A DNA stretch of 56,785 nt, counting the filler, from Basidiobolus ranarum (lineage: Eukaryota): NCBI GenBank assembly GCA_040143965.1. It is 4 parts of 4 records of this genome, joined end to end, with 100 filler letters (N's around TTAATTAATTAA, not from the genome) between each part and the next. Parts side by side here need not be neighbours in the genome. Positions count along the whole stretch, not along the records: positions 42,703 to 56,785 come from JASJQH010000443.1; 3 more parts are not named here. One strand, 5' to 3'. Of this stretch, positions 53,485-56,785 are shown piece after piece. Made by a program: the position numbers and the translations under genes. The notes under the pieces are model-generated. The model saw only the letters and a list, made by a program, of their open reading frames with translations. It was not told the origin of the DNA and searched no databases. Every line of letters starts with the position of its first letter. Within the stretch, counting starts at the first letter, position 1.

Positions 53485-55296
53485 TTACTGATTCTCTTCG
53501 TCTAATACACTACTCATTCCACTTAAAATATAGGGCACACCCAACGCAAGGCCCGCTATATTATGTAAGCATTGTAATCTTTCCTTACCAGATAACTCCT
53601 GAATCTTCCAGCCTATCCTGCCGAAAAGCTGGTCACTGAGTCCATCCAAGTCTTGCCACTCTTTTATAGTTGAATTATCCTGCATGCAAAGCTGCATCGG
53701 TTTGAGAAACCAAGCGTCATATAATTCATCCATCAGTGGTAGCTGTAAGTCAGTTTCTGGCCACCATCTTTTAGGTACTTTCCCATTAATTACTTCTTCG
53801 ATCCACTCCCACATAAGTGAGGACCATGGTTCCCAGTCTAACTCCATACTTTGATTTGTTCCGGAAAAGTAATTATAAAAAGATGAACCAAGATACGGAT
53901 CAAAGCAACTAGCTTTCACTTTCTCGATCCACCTGCATCTTGTATGTTTGTCTAGTTGACTGCAGGTAATGCCGATATTTTCAAATAGATGCCGACTTCG
54001 AGTCTGGCACATGGTGTATAGACCGATTGATAGCCCAATACTGCCCACTGACTCCCCTTGTTGCTGCAATTTATGGAAAGTGCTAATACTATTGAACGAT
54101 ACGGCAATCAACTCGGCTACAACAGTGGAGGGTGACATTTGATTCATTGAACTTCCGCATAACCGAGCAATATTGGTCATTTCCCCATTTTGAGTGTCAC
54201 GGAGTAGGTCGAAAATATCATGTGGGACTACACTCAGCGCATAAGCTTCTTGTGACACTAAATCAGTCGAAACTGGCCCACTTTCACTACTGTATGCCCA
54301 ACCCACGCCGTCAATACCACGTAAGAACAAGACGTCTCCTAGTGGCACATTGTGCTTGATAAACATTGCATCTGGACACTGTACATCACACGATTTGCGA
54401 TGAATTTGGACCATGTCCATATAAGCGCTTACTCCTAACCACTTCGTCAAGTGCTGAACCGAGTTTGTGCCCTCACAGAATTCTCTCAAGATTCCGTGAA
54501 CAACTTCTTTGTAAATGGTCTGACCTACATCTTCTTGCGCTCCATGCCAGATCCCGTGGTCTTGTGTACTTATTAGCGACAAAAGCATGTCATTACAAGA
54601 AATATCATTAGCTTCCCAAAAGGATCTACAAGCTGCGTGGTATATAGCAGTGCCAATTGCTCGATTATGCTTGAATGAAGCTGAAGGACACAGCCATTGA
54701 GCCCACCCATCTAGATGATCCCAGTCCTCGATCCTCCAATTTTTTTTATATTCAGAATAAACCGCTTGATGGCCAGAATTTTGCATGACTGACAGCGATA
54801 ATCTGTTGAAAATTCTTAATGCCGCTAGCATGATGTTGAAATATGCGTCCAGCCCGTCTTGGCAGCGTGCAAACGAGCGAGAGATATCCTGAGTGTGCTC
54901 ACGCAGTCTCACCAGAACCATGGCAGTGATCTCGTCGTCTTCGGACGGACATTCCACTCCGTATTCGCACAATATATGTAAGATTCGCGAGTCAATTACA
55001 TCTGTATGATTAGCCAAGCAGCCGGTTTTTTCTGATATAGATTGAGCCATACATAGAGCCGCAGAAGTAAAGCAAGGGCCGTCGTATTTCTTTTTCCCAA
55101 TTGTTACGGAGTTTGTGACTTCATCGATATCTATTTTGACAGCTTTAGTATTCATACTGATGTACGAACCGTTTGATTTCTGGAGTTTGAATGAACATAA
55201 GGTAGCTGGCCAACTGTATTGCTGTACCGGCTTACGCTCTAGACAGTCATTATCGGCTTGGACGGGTGTGCTGATTTCTCTCAATGTTTGTAACAT
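53485..55296 (-). CDS. Hypothetical protein (603 aa, intronless), possibly a non-canonical class I terpene synthase fold
   Basis: Long clean ORF with an upstream TATA-like sequence (~55360-55368). Motifs LFLRGIDGVG, HDIFDLLRDTQNGEMTN and YTMCQTRSR appear in the order of the RxxDG, NSE-type and RY motifs. The gene is well supported; the function is tentative. Confidence 0.7.
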   Translation of the reverse strand: MLQTLREISTPVQADNDCLERKPVQQYSWPATLCSFKLQKSNGSYISMNTKAVKIDIDEVTNSVTIGKKKYDGPCFTSAALCMAQSISEKTGCLANHTDVIDSRILHILCEYGVECPSEDDEITAMVLVRLREHTQDISRSFARCQDGLDAYFNIMLAALRIFNRLSLSVMQNSGHQAVYSEYKKNWRIEDWDHLDGWAQWLCPSASFKHNRAIGTAIYHAACRSFWEANDISCNDMLLSLISTQDHGIWHGAQEDVGQTIYKEVVHGILREFCEGTNSVQHLTKWLGVSAYMDMVQIHRKSCDVQCPDAMFIKHNVPLGDVLFLRGIDGVGWAYSSESGPVSTDLVSQEAYALSVVPHDIFDLLRDTQNGEMTNIARLCGSSMNQMSPSTVVAELIAVSFNSISTFHKLQQQGESVGSIGLSIGLYTMCQTRSRHLFENIGITCSQLDKHTRCRWIEKVKASCFDPYLGSSFYNYFSGTNQSMELDWEPWSSLMWEWIEEVINGKVPKRWWPETDLQLPLMDELYDAWFLKPMQLCMQDNSTIKEWQDLDGLSDQLFGRIGWKIQELSGKERLQCLHNIAGLALGVPYILSGMSSVLDEENQ

Positions 55297-56432
55297 TTTG
55301 GCTACAGTGATACGTGCACCAAGAAATAGAAACTAAGCATTTAGTAGTGATGAGTGCACTTTATATAATCCAGAAACAAGACGTAGTGCAGCCCCTATAT
55401 ATCAGCCCCATAACCATGACCAGAAATTAGGGTTATATTGAGAGGTCAATTCCAACTTTTCGGTACGCTAATCGTGAACTTATGCGATGTCAAGATTCAT
55501 CAATTAAGCAAGACAATTACTGTGAAACCCGGGGCTGCAAAGATAGGCGTATATATTTAGGTAATCCACTCCTATTGGATGCTCCTGTTCATTTTCTTAT
55601 CGTGCATATGCGTTGCTGTACGATTTCTGCCTCATCGATTTTGGTATATAATCTGAGAATGAGGATACATGGAGCTTAGCCCTAACCCTAACTCTTAATA
55701 TACGGATCATAATCATGTGGAGAAATAGTAGGGGTAAGTATTTAAATCGGTATCGTCGATGTCGCAGCAGGAGTAACTTGCATCCGAAACTACACCATAG
55801 TCTTCATTATTTCGATTCACAAGTCTGTCTCATTATATGAAATAAATATCTTGCTTTCATTAGCTTATTGCCTCACTTACCAACCCTAACCCTTTACTGG
55901 ATGCTTGCAGATAGTACATAGAACTTCTTCCCCTCTATAGTGCCAATCAATTTCTGATTACTCTATTGTATTGAGCAATAGTTTGATAACCCCTGGACCG
56001 ATGAAACAAGCAACTAGTCAATTACGTATGGGTGGCAGGGGGCTGATAATTACACTAGTTTCTAGTGGATTTTCAAACTTAGTACCACTGCTGTAATATG
56101 TCTTTGACCAACGCGGTGTCAATGAAAAAAGCGATGCAAAGTTTTGCAGCTTGCAGAATAAAGAATCTAATATTTTTGGTGGCACATTTTAAATCATAGA
56201 ATGAGAAATATGCTCTATAATTGGCGAATGGTTGTTTCCCTCTGGCTAATCATATCAGTCGGCCGCTAAGAAATTACCATTACGCTGTGATTTATGGAGA
56301 AACTGGCTTTGGCACTTACACTAATAGCAGGAATCTCTCTCCTGAAGAACATGAACACATTGCTAGAAAGATACCTACTTATCCAAGAACCTAAACTTGA
56401 TGGTATACAAGTCATCTGTTCACATTCTTACA

Positions 56433-56785
56433 GGGGATGAAAAGCACAAGAAGGTGCAATCTTTATTTATTTGAAGTTAGATAACACATATATATAATAA
56501 AGCCAAGACAGAAATAAAATTTGTAGGATAACATTAACACAGATCTTTTTAAGCAAGCATCCCAAATTTCTCAGCTTGAAAAATGTAGAAGTCTTTCAAA
56601 AATTCTGTAACGAGTGGAGTATGATAATTTTTGAAGTGTAGTATATCTTTAAAGCAGAGTGTCCTTTATAGAAAAGGGTTAGGGGGATGAAAAGCACCAG
56701 ATGGTGTGGACTTTATTTAGCTTAAATACTAATCTAACCAAAGTGACAATCAAGACATCAATCTTTTAAGATATTGTGACAATAC
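56433..56785. repeat. Repeat family B, two GGGGATGAAAAGCAC-headed units 250 bp apart
   Basis: Heads at 56433 and 56683; CpG-poor; the second unit matches 14758-14857 in reverse. Confidence 0.65.

Overview
Fungal genomic DNA with short GT-AG introns. It is probably from an early-diverging fungus; Basidiobolus/Zoopagomycota-like is my inference from the mitochondrial 2-amino-3-ketobutyrate CoA ligase and the intronless NRPS. The window is four contigs of about 14.1 kb joined by artificial N44-TTAATTAATTAA-N44 spacers, so linkage holds only within a contig. Contig 1 (1-14143): GST 3' end, a Bem3-like PX-PH-RhoGAP, two convergent C2H2 zinc-finger genes and LTR relics. Contig 2 (14244-28375): a CpG-depleted retroelement relic, a secreted type-B carboxylesterase with two decayed copies, a nested Copia-LTR/MITE stack, a group II PLP decarboxylase and an intronless secreted GMC oxidoreductase. 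Contig 3 (28476-42602): RPS14 3' end, a ~19-exon kinesin-fold gene whose motor domain is not recognisable from the ORF track and whose P-loop and both switches are degenerate, a solo LTR, GCAT/kbl and a C2H2 gene. Contig 4 (42703-56785): a candidate biosynthetic cluster with an intronless monomodular A(N-MT)-T-C NRPS, a divergent intron-rich P450, a 603-aa intronless protein with remnant class I terpene-synthase-like motifs and a small secreted protein. The best candidates for new biology are this possible N-methyl-aminoacyl/terpenoid hybrid cluster and the pseudokinesin. All splicing and alignments were done by eye.
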